A stretch of 34,348 nt of DNA from a virus, in the IMG/VR virus record IMGVR_UViG_3300030385_001109, positions 1 through 34,348 of that record; one strand, written 5' to 3'. The position numbers were made by a program, and so were the translations under genes. Shown here piece after piece: positions 15,678 through 24,836 of the stretch. Position 1 is the stretch's first letter. Each line of letters begins with the position of its first letter. A model generated the notes under the pieces. The model made no database searches and was not told where the DNA came from. It saw nothing but the letters and a program-made list of their open reading frames with translations.

Positions 15678-16144
15678 ATTAGTTTTTCAACCTCTTTTCT
15701 CGTTAAACCTAAATTCCATTGATCTAAAAAAACCCCATCTTTAAGGAAGCTTTTTCTATTTACTCCCTCGTCAATAAAGCCCATCTTTTTTGCTAAGTTA
15801 TAAACCACCTTTCTGTGGCTTGGTATCTCTACAACTAATTTATTTACAAATAAAGGAGACTTTAAAAACAAGATGTATAACTCCGTTATCAATAGCCTAG
15901 AATAAATCCTATAAGGCTTTAACAGATAAGGGTGCATCTTTAGCGTTGTTAAATTGTAGTTCTCAAGCAACGCCATGCCAGCCAGTTCTCCATCAATAAT
16001 AACATTTAGCCATAACGATGTTGAACTTAAATCAGGAAGATATTGTGACTTATCACTCATATCGTCCGAAAAACTTTCCCATACTTCATCCGAAGTCATA
16101 AAGTCTATTATTGATTTACTGTCTTTAGCATTAACAAATTTCAT
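15674..16144 (-). CDS. GNAT-fold (RimJ/RimL-like) protein, 156 aa
   Basis: C-terminal VVEIPSHRKVVYNLAKKMGFIDEGVNRKSFLKDGVFLDQWNLGLTRKE matches the GNAT beta5-alpha4-beta6 pattern. The pyrophosphate-binding loop is degenerate (KPYRIYS). An ATGA overlap couples it to the downstream gene. Confidence 0.6.
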   Translation of the reverse strand: MKFVNAKDSKSIIDFMTSDEVWESFSDDMSDKSQYLPDLSSTSLWLNVIIDGELAGMALLENYNLTTLKMHPYLLKPYRIYSRLLITELYILFLKSPLFVNKLVVEIPSHRKVVYNLAKKMGFIDEGVNRKSFLKDGVFLDQWNLGLTRKEVEKLI

Positions 16145-16176
16145 TAATTAATTATACTAAATAATAGTCTTGATAG

Positions 16177-16506
16177 CTAACTTAGCACCCTACCTGTGAC
16201 AGTGAAGTACAAAGAGTTAAGCGCTGATGATTCAACCTGCAATGTTCCGCCCGCAGGTATCGCTTGATTAACAATACTTATACCTAAATCAGTCTCGCCC
16301 CATATCACCACTTTAAACGGCAATATAGGAGACAATAAACCAGTGGCGGATTTTATATACGCCTTATAGCTTGCGTTAATAGATGAGTTATTTGCAACCG
16401 TAAACGACTCAATGACAACGTTTTTATCTGATGGGGCAGAGTAAGCTACCTGTACAGTGTCAACGATAGTATTTAAAAAATTATCAGTTAATTGTTTAGT
16501 TGTCAT
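16177..16506 (-). CDS. hypothetical beta-rich virion-module protein (109 aa)
   Basis: ORF overlapping the upstream tail-fibre gene by 1 nt (both include 16506). Confidence 0.55.
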   Translation of the reverse strand: MTTKQLTDNFLNTIVDTVQVAYSAPSDKNVVIESFTVANNSSINASYKAYIKSATGLLSPILPFKVVIWGETDLGISIVNQAIPAGGTLQVESSALNSLYFTVTGRVLS

Positions 16507-17822
16507 TACCTTGCCTCGATAATAAATTCAGAGTCTAATTCTAAAGTTAAATTGTTATTACTCGAGTTATTAGCTACTTGGAATATAACGTAATCGCCAG
16601 CATTTAAAGTGACACCTGTTACAATAGTGAAAAAGGCAACGTCACGACCACCCACAAAAGCGTTTATCTGTCTATTTGCTGGGGGAAAGTCAATAAATGC
16701 TGATGCTGAATCGTCCCATTTTCTGAGCCTTATAGATGCCTCGTTACCTTGTGGTCCCTCTACTGAAAAGCTAGCTTGTAGTCTATACTCTACAGGAGTA
16801 AAACCCAAATGCCTTAAGGTTCCTGATGATGGGGCATCAAAGTGAGCTAAATCGCTAGGTGTCCATGTTGCGTTTAAGTCGTAAAATGTAGAGTTTGCAG
16901 CGATTACTGTTGGACTTTCCGCTGTCACTTTCTGCTTGCCGCCAACAAAAGTATTTAGCATTCCTATGTTTCCAACCCATGAGGACGATAAATCACTGGC
17001 TTGCATATTTGGCGTTAAGTTACTATCTAAAGCATTAAAAGATCCCGACCTAGATATTAAGCAGTCGGATAACTGAACCGTAGAAGCGTTAGGGAAATTA
17101 GATGGGGCAAAATCAAAGAATGAAGCAGAGGCGGGCAAATCTATATTTTGGTTGCTTCTAAATCTTGAGGCCATACTAAACCCAGCGCCAGCTTTAAATA
17201 AAGAGTAAGCACCGTCTGTTAAGTTTCGAACGATTGAAGTTTCTATAAAGTAACCGCCAACCCAGTTACCGGCCAAAGTCAACTCAGGAGATCCACCGAA
17301 TCGACCCGTACCAGATTCTAAGCCTTGTCTGTAACCAGTAATCACACCTAAAGAGGTGCAATTGTTGTAGTTTATTCTTGTAAGCTCAAAAGCATTAAAG
17401 CCTGTCGAATCTGTTATATTGTAAACTTTAGACCCTGAACCTGTGACCTCTATAGCGCACCCCACACCCAAAATATTCCCTGAGCCGCCAGCGGGCGAGT
17501 TAAATAGCGTATAACCTACATCTGAACATTTTATTTTTGAAATGTCGAATGTTGTCCCTTTATAACTTAACCCTGTGGATGGTACGCTAATACTTAACCC
17601 TGTCCCTGTGAAGTCAACAGCCCCGTCTATAATGTAAACCTTTGTACTATCTATAACTCCGCCTAGTGTGGTTGCTAAGTTCCCTTGATTAACAATAATA
17701 GTACTTGTTAATTTATCGGTGTATAGCTCGTCAAAATTAGCGTTTATCTTTGTTGCGCCAGTAAAGAGAGTATCCCCTGCTTTCGCATCTGCTGCGCCTA
17801 TCGTTATTGGTTGGTATGCCAT
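16506..17822 (-). CDS. tail fibre / receptor-binding protein (438 aa)
   Basis: N-terminal GDTLFTGATKINANFDELY is a widespread tail-fibre N-terminal motif. The rest is Gly/Ser/Asn/Thr-rich. Confidence 0.65.
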   Translation of the reverse strand: MAYQPITIGAADAKAGDTLFTGATKINANFDELYTDKLTSTIIVNQGNLATTLGGVIDSTKVYIIDGAVDFTGTGLSISVPSTGLSYKGTTFDISKIKCSDVGYTLFNSPAGGSGNILGVGCAIEVTGSGSKVYNITDSTGFNAFELTRINYNNCTSLGVITGYRQGLESGTGRFGGSPELTLAGNWVGGYFIETSIVRNLTDGAYSLFKAGAGFSMASRFRSNQNIDLPASASFFDFAPSNFPNASTVQLSDCLISRSGSFNALDSNLTPNMQASDLSSSWVGNIGMLNTFVGGKQKVTAESPTVIAANSTFYDLNATWTPSDLAHFDAPSSGTLRHLGFTPVEYRLQASFSVEGPQGNEASIRLRKWDDSASAFIDFPPANRQINAFVGGRDVAFFTIVTGVTLNAGDYVIFQVANNSSNNNLTLELDSEFIIEAR

Positions 17823-18136
17823 TAAGCTATCACCTTATCAAATGTTAGTTTTGTGCTGTCGAGTGTAAAGCCTGAAGTGTCTATTGTGAACTCAGGTAAT
17901 CCGTTAATTTGTCTTTGTAGGTGCTGAACTTGGGTGCTGAAGCCTGAATAATAAGCAGCGTTATCAATCTTTTGGGTGTTATTTTCTATGGCTTGTGCAT
18001 TGCTCTCTATACCTGCGCTATCTAAGTTGGTGGCAGAGGTCAAAGACTCTAAAAATCTAACAAACCTTAATGTTGGCTCGCCTCTTTTGTCGAAAAAATC
18101 CTCTTTACGTCTTGGTACTATTACTTCAATGGCCAT
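17822..18136 (-). CDS. small coiled-coil tail protein, positionally like the gp26 needle/plug (104 aa)
   Basis: Lies directly after the gp10-like gene; heptad-like NAQAIENNTQKIDN...VQHLQRQINGL. Confidence 0.3.
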   Translation of the reverse strand: MAIEVIVPRRKEDFFDKRGEPTLRFVRFLESLTSATNLDSAGIESNAQAIENNTQKIDNAAYYSGFSTQVQHLQRQINGLPEFTIDTSGFTLDSTKLTFDKVIA

Positions 18137-19593
18137 TATTGATCACCCAATTCAGGAGTTGCAGCGATTCGTATTAGATTAGCTTTTATAGGGTCTGTAA
18201 CTGTGAACCGTATGGTTCTAGCGTTCGGGAATCTACCTTGCCTATTCCATACTGTTTCGTGTCCATACTCGCCAATTTTACCGATAAATCTTTTAAACTC
18301 ATTAGAGAATGTCCTGCCTCCATCGTCTGAAAAATCCATCATGACAACAGGATTAGATCCTTGCCCTAGCGTTAAGCCGACACCTGCCTCAAAGTCTACC
18401 TCTAACTCACCAGCAAAAACCTTCATACCGTCTTGAGTCATTGGTTTCAAGGCTGCTTGTCGGAATATGGTGTCACCGTATTCCGTGTAAGTATTATCAA
18501 CTATCTCGCCTATTCTACCGTCAACAGAGTCACCGCAAAATAAACGGCCATACGCCTTTATTATATTGTTTACTCTCCACGGTGCATCAGTAACACCCGT
18601 TTGAAACTCAAACCAGACAGGGCTACCAGCTAGTGCTGATGCTGTACTATTGTAAACAAACGTCTTACCTGGTATGCGTACCGAATTAAATGTGAATATA
18701 GCAAAAAACTGCCCTTTCTTTGAAAAAGTCATGGTGTAAGCGTTTGCTATTTCATATTGTGTAAACTTCTGTATAGCATTGTCTATAGCGTCTGTTGAAA
18801 CTTTTACAGCTGATGAGCTTGAAGACTGTCGCCATATTGCTGATAGTTCATTCTCTCCACCACCAATAAACATATAGGTGTTGTCAAACTTAATGACCCC
18901 GTACTTGCTGTGAGCGCCTTTTTGCGTGAATGCTCCAGGTATAATTTGAAGCGGAAAGCCCACCCCGCCAACATTGCTAAATACTTCAGTTGTCTTTGAG
19001 CCGATTATTGAAAGCTCGTCATGATCTACAACTTGAGTAATGATTCTGTCGGGATCGCCTTCTGCGCTACCAAAGTCTAAAGCATCAAACACAAGAGGGC
19101 TGTTTAAATTGGATACGAATAGCTGCTTACCATCTGTCGTAGTGAATACAAAAAAGCCACGGTAAAAAGTGACCGTATCGGAAACTTGAAAATCAGGATC
19201 TACAATTTTTGTAATGGCATTTGTAACGTTATTAAATACAAAAGAATCCCCACCCGGTACAACGATAACCAATGACGTACCGTTATCAGCCATTGACACC
19301 CTGTTACTACCTGAAATTGTTCCGTGGCTTGTTACAACACCATAGGCATCAATTGACACTAGTGAGTTGCCTACCACAAAATAAGGCACTTCTTTCATAG
19401 TTCTAGCACCACGACACACACCAAGACCAACACTAGCAAACTGAGTTATCCCACTCGGTTGGATTAGCGCTCGGTTATTTAAAGCTTCACCTTGTGCGAC
19501 TGTCGGTATCCAGTTAATGCAACGCTGAGAAGACAATGGGAGACTCTCGCTTTGATAAAAACCCAACGGTATTGGCAATGGTACTCTAGGCAT
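18136..19593 (-). CDS. P22 gp10-like packaged-DNA stabilisation / tail hub protein (485 aa)
   Basis: Size, position after the gp4-like gene, and shared motifs with P22 gp10 as I recall it (GSNRVSMADNG vs GSGRVSMAHG; FSDDGGRTF; WNRQGRF vs WKRVGRI). Confidence 0.75.
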   Translation of the reverse strand: MPRVPLPIPLGFYQSESLPLSSQRCINWIPTVAQGEALNNRALIQPSGITQFASVGLGVCRGARTMKEVPYFVVGNSLVSIDAYGVVTSHGTISGSNRVSMADNGTSLVIVVPGGDSFVFNNVTNAITKIVDPDFQVSDTVTFYRGFFVFTTTDGKQLFVSNLNSPLVFDALDFGSAEGDPDRIITQVVDHDELSIIGSKTTEVFSNVGGVGFPLQIIPGAFTQKGAHSKYGVIKFDNTYMFIGGGENELSAIWRQSSSSSAVKVSTDAIDNAIQKFTQYEIANAYTMTFSKKGQFFAIFTFNSVRIPGKTFVYNSTASALAGSPVWFEFQTGVTDAPWRVNNIIKAYGRLFCGDSVDGRIGEIVDNTYTEYGDTIFRQAALKPMTQDGMKVFAGELEVDFEAGVGLTLGQGSNPVVMMDFSDDGGRTFSNEFKRFIGKIGEYGHETVWNRQGRFPNARTIRFTVTDPIKANLIRIAATPELGDQ

Positions 19594-20027
19594 TAGAAAT
19601 TATCCGTTTTGTTACTAGGGAAAAATCTATTTCTGTTGTAGTCAGGACATTCATTGCCTGAGCCAACAGGGAGCGTATCAGGATAAGCTATTTCTGATAA
19701 ATCCGTATTCGATGCCATGAGGATATCAAGCGTGCTTGTTGATAAAGCAAAAAGAGTAGCGCTAACAACCTTTTGATATGATGGGGCGAGCCTAACAGCT
19801 AAGTTATATTTGATTGCTCCAACAGCACTGCGATCTACCTTCATAGTGTCGTCACCGCTTAGTACTTCAGTATAGCCAACTATAATACCTATATCATCCC
19901 AGCCCGTGAGCATATCATTGCATCGTCTAATACCCGACTGGAGCTCGTCATTAGTTAAGGGTACTTCAGCAGTTTTTACCCCTATTTCCTCAAAAGCATC
20001 TTCGACCACTTCGCGTATTGTTGTCAT
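19593..20027 (-). CDS. P22 gp4-like head-to-tail adaptor (144 aa)
   Basis: IGV...PLTNDELQSG...NDML..W...GI.VGY...SAVGAIKYNLAVRLAPSY...YPDTLPVGSGNE parallels P22 gp4 (LGV..TLTDVEPQS..LEAMM..W..GI.TGY..SAVSAVFHNLACRIAPDY..YPSRMPTGSGN). Confidence 0.85.
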   Translation of the reverse strand: MTTIREVVEDAFEEIGVKTAEVPLTNDELQSGIRRCNDMLTGWDDIGIIVGYTEVLSGDDTMKVDRSAVGAIKYNLAVRLAPSYQKVVSATLFALSTSTLDILMASNTDLSEIAYPDTLPVGSGNECPDYNRNRFFPSNKTDNF

Positions 20028-20029
20028 AA

Positions 20030-20374
20030 TTAACCCTTAATAAGTCCTTTAACTTCTAAACGTAAAGACTTGATGCTTTTAAAGTTATCAACCTCCACAT
20101 TAAAGTGTTTCTTTGCATAATCTTCTAAGTCTTTTCTTTTCATGTTACTAATGTTTAGCTCACCGTTTAATCTATCACTAATACCAGCTAAAGCCTCGCC
20201 CAGCACTTGCACTTGAGTCGGGTCGTTTCCATCTATACCAAAATCAGATATCAAAACAAAATCTGCAGGAGACTCCGACCAGCCCATAGCTTTATGATTC
20301 TCAAAGTCGTCAGAATTAATTATTTTTGGTTCTTTGGTTTTGTGGTAAATCCACTGCTTAAACGTTTTAGCCAT
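20030..20374 (-). CDS. hypothetical head-module protein with HeH/SAP-like C-terminus (114 aa)
   Basis: Lies between the coat and adaptor genes; KRKDLEDYAKKHFNVEVD..KSIKSLRLEV resembles a HeH motif. Confidence 0.5.
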   Translation of the reverse strand: MAKTFKQWIYHKTKEPKIINSDDFENHKAMGWSESPADFVLISDFGIDGNDPTQVQVLGEALAGISDRLNGELNISNMKRKDLEDYAKKHFNVEVDNFKSIKSLRLEVKGLIKG

Positions 20375-20429
20375 TACTTAGTCCTTTTGATTATTAGTTG
20401 AGTATAACATTAATCTAACAGAAACAAAA

Positions 20430-20453
20430 AAGGCTATCACAATGGATAGCCTT
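20430..20453 (-). terminator. intrinsic terminator after the coat gene (9-bp stem AAGGCTATC/GATAGCCTT)
   Basis: Perfect stem flanked by an A-run on the plus strand, giving a U tract on the minus transcript (ccttttttgtttc). Confidence 0.7.
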
Positions 20454-20472
20454 TTAAAATCAAACCAATTAA

Positions 20473-21699
20473 CTACGAAGTAGTACGTACCGCGAAGTCA
20501 GGGTTTTGAGCCTTAACACCGTACAAAATATCAAAGCGATAAGTTGTTGTATCTGTGCCGATTGCGTATTGAGTAACAGTTCGAATAGAAACGTTATCAA
20601 AACTCTCGCGGCTAGCTTCTGCGCCCTGAGTAGGAAGGTCAAGAGGAGCCATAGCAAGTGTAATAGCGTTTTCATGGAATGCTAAGTTTTGCTTATGCTT
20701 TGAACCGCCTGAGCCAGTTTTAACAGTAATTGCTGCTCCGTCTGCTGGTGCTGCTGTAACTGTCTGGTATGGGCCGCTAGTAATCATAGGTGGCGAGATA
20801 GTCAAAGAAGCTGGACCTGTAGAGGCGCCTGATGCCGCGTCAGATTTAACAACGAAAGTTTGTAAATCACCTGTATCAACGCGGGTTCTTCGGTTTACAG
20901 AGTTAACGCCAGCAATAGTAATGACATCACCACCAAGCAAGATGCCGCCTGTTGAGTTTGTCCAACCGTCTGTAGCTAGAGACTGCTGCCATGCTGCACC
21001 GCTGTTAGCATAAGTAACGTTTTGAGAAGCACCGTTAACTAATGGAGTACCAGTAGCAACGCCCACAGTGTGAAGTTTAAGTGACTGGTTCTCATATAAC
21101 ATAAACTTACTGTAACGACCAATTGCCGCTTCTTCAATTGCTTTTTTAGCAATTTCTGAAGGGAAAACAGACTTCAAGCCATCAGCTAACGCTAATGAAG
21201 CATCTTCATCATAAAAAGCATTCCAGCGAACGTTCATTGGGGTACCAAGCTTTGATAATACTTTAGCTGCTGCACCAACTTCTAAAAAGGTAGAAGGGGC
21301 TGTACCAGGAGTACCAACGAAGTTACCAATCTGCTTGTATGAGTCAGCTAAAGAAGATTCTACTTGCTGTGCTAACTCAGCCATTGCTGGTTGAATATAG
21401 CGAGTATTAAAGTCTTCAATGCTTAACGTTAAATCTTTAGACGTAATGGCAAAGTGTACATGCTTACGTTGATCAAGAATTACGCTTGCTGCTACTTCTT
21501 CGATATCTTCCGCAGCACCTAAAGTGGCACCATCTGAAGAGGTGAACATTACAGGTCTACGGACACTGATAGTTTCACCGATTTTACGGAACTCTTTATC
21601 AAGCTGTCGATCTACTTTAGATGCAATTTGTAAGTTATTTAGAAACTCTTTAACTGCATGACGTGTAATTTTACTGGTTGTGATTAATGCGTTTGACAT
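20473..21699 (-). CDS. major capsid protein, P22-coat-like (HK97 fold)
   Basis: 408 aa, directly after the scaffold gene. N-terminus ITRHAVKEFLNNLQIASKVDRQLDKEF and C-terminus NLAFHENAITLAMAPLDLP resemble the P22 coat family. Confidence 0.8.
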   Translation of the reverse strand: MSNALITTSKITRHAVKEFLNNLQIASKVDRQLDKEFRKIGETISVRRPVMFTSSDGATLGAAEDIEEVAASVILDQRKHVHFAITSKDLTLSIEDFNTRYIQPAMAELAQQVESSLADSYKQIGNFVGTPGTAPSTFLEVGAAAKVLSKLGTPMNVRWNAFYDEDASLALADGLKSVFPSEIAKKAIEEAAIGRYSKFMLYENQSLKLHTVGVATGTPLVNGASQNVTYANSGAAWQQSLATDGWTNSTGGILLGGDVITIAGVNSVNRRTRVDTGDLQTFVVKSDAASGASTGPASLTISPPMITSGPYQTVTAAPADGAAITVKTGSGGSKHKQNLAFHENAITLAMAPLDLPTQGAEASRESFDNVSIRTVTQYAIGTDTTTYRFDILYGVKAQNPDFAVRTTS

Positions 21700-21717
21700 A
21701 ATTTTATCCTTTAGACC

Positions 21718-22536
21718 TTAGCCGTTTTTCGCCATCCATTGTTCCATTGACATATCATCTTCGTTTACTTCTAAAGATGAGCCGCCAGAACCAAGAGGAG
21801 TTATCGGGTCGGGTGCTGCACTGGTTTTAGTTTCGGGTTTTGTAGATAGTTGTACTGATAGCTTTCCTAGCTCCATCATCGCCATTACTGGGGACATATT
21901 AGCTATTGCGTTGGCCTTTTCTGCGTTTTCTGGCGATCCTAAATGGTAAACCATTTCAGCACCAAGTTCAGATTGCATAATTGCATCAGCTACACCGGCA
22001 GGTAAGTTAGGAATTGAATTTTGTTTCTCTTCAAAGTCTGACTTTCCCAAAGCATTAACTCGACCATTATAGTCGGATTGTACTTTTTCGCCCGCTGTTC
22101 TTTGCTGTTCGGCTTTCGCATCTGCTGATTGTTTTGCTAAAACATCTTGAACACCTTGGTTAATATCATAATCTCGATTAGCTTTATTAAAAGCTTCCTC
22201 ATCATAATCAATTTCAGGATCTTCAAGCGATGGTTTTTTTAAGGCTTCCTTATTATTGTTGGCCTCAAAAGCATCAACACGTTTTTGCAAGTCGTCAGCT
22301 CTGCGCTTTTCAGTGTACTTGTCCGCTGTTACTTTATCTATACGCTTTTGGAAACCGTCCTCTTTTGGCTTTTCAGCATCGGTTGAGTTGGCTTCGCTCG
22401 TATTTCCTACGGGGGCTGATTCCGTGTTCTGGCTCTCTGTTGTGGCTTGCTCTGTACCTTGATCAATAGGTCCTTGAACAAATGCGTCTAACGGGTCTAC
22501 CTGTGCAGCTTGTGTATTTTCTGTTGGTTGATTCAC
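21718..22536 (-). CDS. scaffolding protein (GTG start)
   Basis: Acidic, Ala/Gln/Glu-rich 272-aa helical protein between portal and coat; AAGGTG 5 nt upstream of the GTG. Confidence 0.7.
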   Translation of the reverse strand: MNQPTENTQAAQVDPLDAFVQGPIDQGTEQATTESQNTESAPVGNTSEANSTDAEKPKEDGFQKRIDKVTADKYTEKRRADDLQKRVDAFEANNNKEALKKPSLEDPEIDYDEEAFNKANRDYDINQGVQDVLAKQSADAKAEQQRTAGEKVQSDYNGRVNALGKSDFEEKQNSIPNLPAGVADAIMQSELGAEMVYHLGSPENAEKANAIANMSPVMAMMELGKLSVQLSTKPETKTSAAPDPITPLGSGGSSLEVNEDDMSMEQWMAKNG

Positions 22537-22594
22537 GTGAACACCTTTCGGTTGATTTTAGCCCTATTTAAAGCAATAGGTTAGCTTGTGGTCA

Positions 22595-22623
22595 ATTATA
22601 CTAACAAATGGCGCAATACACAA
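22595..22623 (-). promoter_or_regulatory. candidate promoter TTGTGT-17-TATAAT (minus strand) for scaffold-coat
   Basis: Read on the reverse complement, in the 152-nt portal-scaffold gap. Confidence 0.4.
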
Positions 22624-22645
22624 ACATGAGTGTTTAGATATAAAA

Positions 22646-22666
22646 AACCCACGATTAAGCGGGCTT
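22646..22666 (-). terminator. terminator-like hairpin after the portal gene
   Basis: The minus strand reads AGCCCGC-ttaatc-GTGGGTT followed by TTTTTTAT (stem includes G-U pairs). Confidence 0.5.
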
Positions 22667-22688
22667 TTCAGGCGATAAATCTTAGCTT

Positions 22689-24833
22689 TTACATTTGAGT
22701 TAGGTTGTTAGCTGTACTCAATGCTATCTGCTCCTGCTGTTGCTCCTGCTGTATTGCTTGACCAACTAGGTCTGCTGCTTGCTCAGAGTTAGGCCCCTCA
22801 TCTAATGCTTGCTGACTCTCTGCTACAATATCGCGCTGCTTAACTATTAACGCTCTATCTGCTTCGCTTAATGGAATACCTAGTGATACTTGCTTTTCAT
22901 AAGTTTCAAGTAGTACTTTATAAGCATCAACGGCTTCACCTTGAGCCTTAACCAATGTTTCTGCTGTCTTAGCGTCAGTGTTGCTAATATCAGCCATTAG
23001 CTTTTCAGTCTGCATAGCTATGTTATCTGTAATGGCTGTTTGCTGCGGGTCTGCTTGTTGCGGTTCATTCAAGCCTAACTCTTCAGCCTCTTCATCAGTT
23101 GGTTCAATAGTTCCGTTTTGAATCATTACCTTTCTAACTCGCTTAGTTAGCTCTTTAGTCTCAAGTATCGGTAAGTCTTTGGCTACTAAGTCCATAGCTA
23201 AAGCCTCAAATTGTGGCGATGATGATATTAGCTCTAGTATTTGCTTGGCCGATTCTTGTCGTTGAGTGGCGAATGCTGGGCCAGTCTCAGTTACTACGTC
23301 ATATTTACCAATTGATAAATCGTTAACAAGTACTTTCTTGCCCGTCTGCTCATCAATAACCTCTTGGTTGACTGTGTTTATTTCAACGTTTTCAGTCTCC
23401 CCGTCTTGCTGCATTATGCGAACCTGCCTAGCTGTGTCGTATATACGTGGGATTAAGTCTACAAGTATCTCACCGCAATAATCTATAGACTTTGATAGAT
23501 TGTCAGTGAATATAAATGACCCTCTATCACCTTGCTTCTCTTGCGCCTGAATAGCCTTGCCTGATTTTAGTTCAGGGTTAACGCCTATTGATGGAGGCTG
23601 CATCCCTGTTACATGGTATAAGTCCATACTACATTGTTGCAGTATTTGTAGGCTAGCTTGTTGTACTGCTGGGGCACCACCTCTGATTGGTGGACCACCA
23701 CCTGTTTTAGTGTCGGGATTGTACGGCATAAAAGGGCTATTTTGAGTGGCAAAGTTTCTGTACTTGGACTCATGACCTTTGGCTTGTGCTGGGGTGTACC
23801 ATAAGGGATCTTTAGGAGTTAGAGAATTAGTCTCGACTACCGAAGAGGTTTCATAATTGTAAATGCGGTTAGCGTCTTTAGCGAATCGCACAATACCCCT
23901 AGTGTAAGTCTGACCCTCAACATGGCTTTGTCGACCATACATCGGTATTAAAGGTATAAACTTACCAGCCCATGCTTTAGGTCCTTCTAATACACCAGCA
24001 CCATCAAGTAAAAACATTTCAACTTTATGCGACTTTACTGATCGAGTTTTCTTTACTGTTAATCCTTGCGCCTTTAGCTCGTCCATAACGCTTGATTCTT
24101 CATCACTGTCTATTACTCGGCCGTCAGATAATAAAGCTATATTTCTAGTTACTGGTGTCTTAACCCAATACTCGGCAACTCTGACAGTGTCTTCTTTTGC
24201 CCAGCTTGAACACGATGAGTTGTTTAAGTCTTCTTGAGTCCAATTAGATAACACAGACTTAGGGAACCTTTCTTTATGCTCCTCCTTTGGCATATCAACA
24301 GTAACAAAGGCGAATGATGAATCTCTTTTATCGTACTCTATAGCAGAATCATCAAACCACAATGAGGTTGTAGCTGTATTCAAAGGTTTTATCTTGATAT
24401 CCTGGTCAAAAGCATCATCATCACTAAACTCAGTAATAACACGCCAACCACCAAAGCCACCATTAACCACTTCATCGAAGGCAGTATCATAAGCATTACT
24501 AGCCTTACTATCAGCTTCGATATTTCTAATCAAACCGGTCATTGTCTTGGCTACATCTTCACTAGCCCCGCCTGACACTGGTCTAATCTTAATGTTAGTG
24601 CGGTTTTGACGTTGATCACCAATTAGTTGATCTACTGCACCAGCGACCCGGTTAATCGTAAACCTTGGTCGATTCTTTCGCTTTTCTTTTGCTCCATCAT
24701 CCCACTGACCATCCTCAGTTTGTGCAAATTTAATATCTTCAACAGCTAACTTGCGCTGCGCCCGCTCTTTACTTTCTAACCGTTCAAACCGCTTAATAGC
24801 AGTAGCGTGTAGCTTTTCTTGTTTATTAGCCAT
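22689..24833 (-). CDS. portal protein, P22-like (714 aa)
   Basis: Size, position after TerL, N-terminal FAQTEDGQWDD motif, and a long C-terminal helical Q/E-rich extension like the P22 portal barrel. Confidence 0.85.
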   Translation of the reverse strand: MANKQEKLHATAIKRFERLESKERAQRKLAVEDIKFAQTEDGQWDDGAKEKRKNRPRFTINRVAGAVDQLIGDQRQNRTNIKIRPVSGGASEDVAKTMTGLIRNIEADSKASNAYDTAFDEVVNGGFGGWRVITEFSDDDAFDQDIKIKPLNTATTSLWFDDSAIEYDKRDSSFAFVTVDMPKEEHKERFPKSVLSNWTQEDLNNSSCSSWAKEDTVRVAEYWVKTPVTRNIALLSDGRVIDSDEESSVMDELKAQGLTVKKTRSVKSHKVEMFLLDGAGVLEGPKAWAGKFIPLIPMYGRQSHVEGQTYTRGIVRFAKDANRIYNYETSSVVETNSLTPKDPLWYTPAQAKGHESKYRNFATQNSPFMPYNPDTKTGGGPPIRGGAPAVQQASLQILQQCSMDLYHVTGMQPPSIGVNPELKSGKAIQAQEKQGDRGSFIFTDNLSKSIDYCGEILVDLIPRIYDTARQVRIMQQDGETENVEINTVNQEVIDEQTGKKVLVNDLSIGKYDVVTETGPAFATQRQESAKQILELISSSPQFEALAMDLVAKDLPILETKELTKRVRKVMIQNGTIEPTDEEAEELGLNEPQQADPQQTAITDNIAMQTEKLMADISNTDAKTAETLVKAQGEAVDAYKVLLETYEKQVSLGIPLSEADRALIVKQRDIVAESQQALDEGPNSEQAADLVGQAIQQEQQQEQIALSTANNLTQM

Positions 24834-24836
24834 TAG

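Noticed and set aside
10826-15744. Numerous plus-strand ORFs (e.g. 11093-11575, 12026-12307, 12683-12991, 13049-13525, 14001-14291, 14899-15117, 15511-15744) antisense to the virion genes
   Set aside because: They are Leu/Ser/Pro/Cys-rich low-complexity translations with no RBS. They lie entirely inside long minus-strand genes that have clear protein-like sequence and tight operon packing, so they are shadow ORFs.
8318-17822. Possibility of a diversity-generating retroelement targeting the fibre or spike genes
   Set aside because: No reverse transcriptase ORF exists anywhere in the genome. I found no template/variable repeat pair near the 3-prime ends of the receptor-binding genes. The only internal repeat is the tailspike module duplication.
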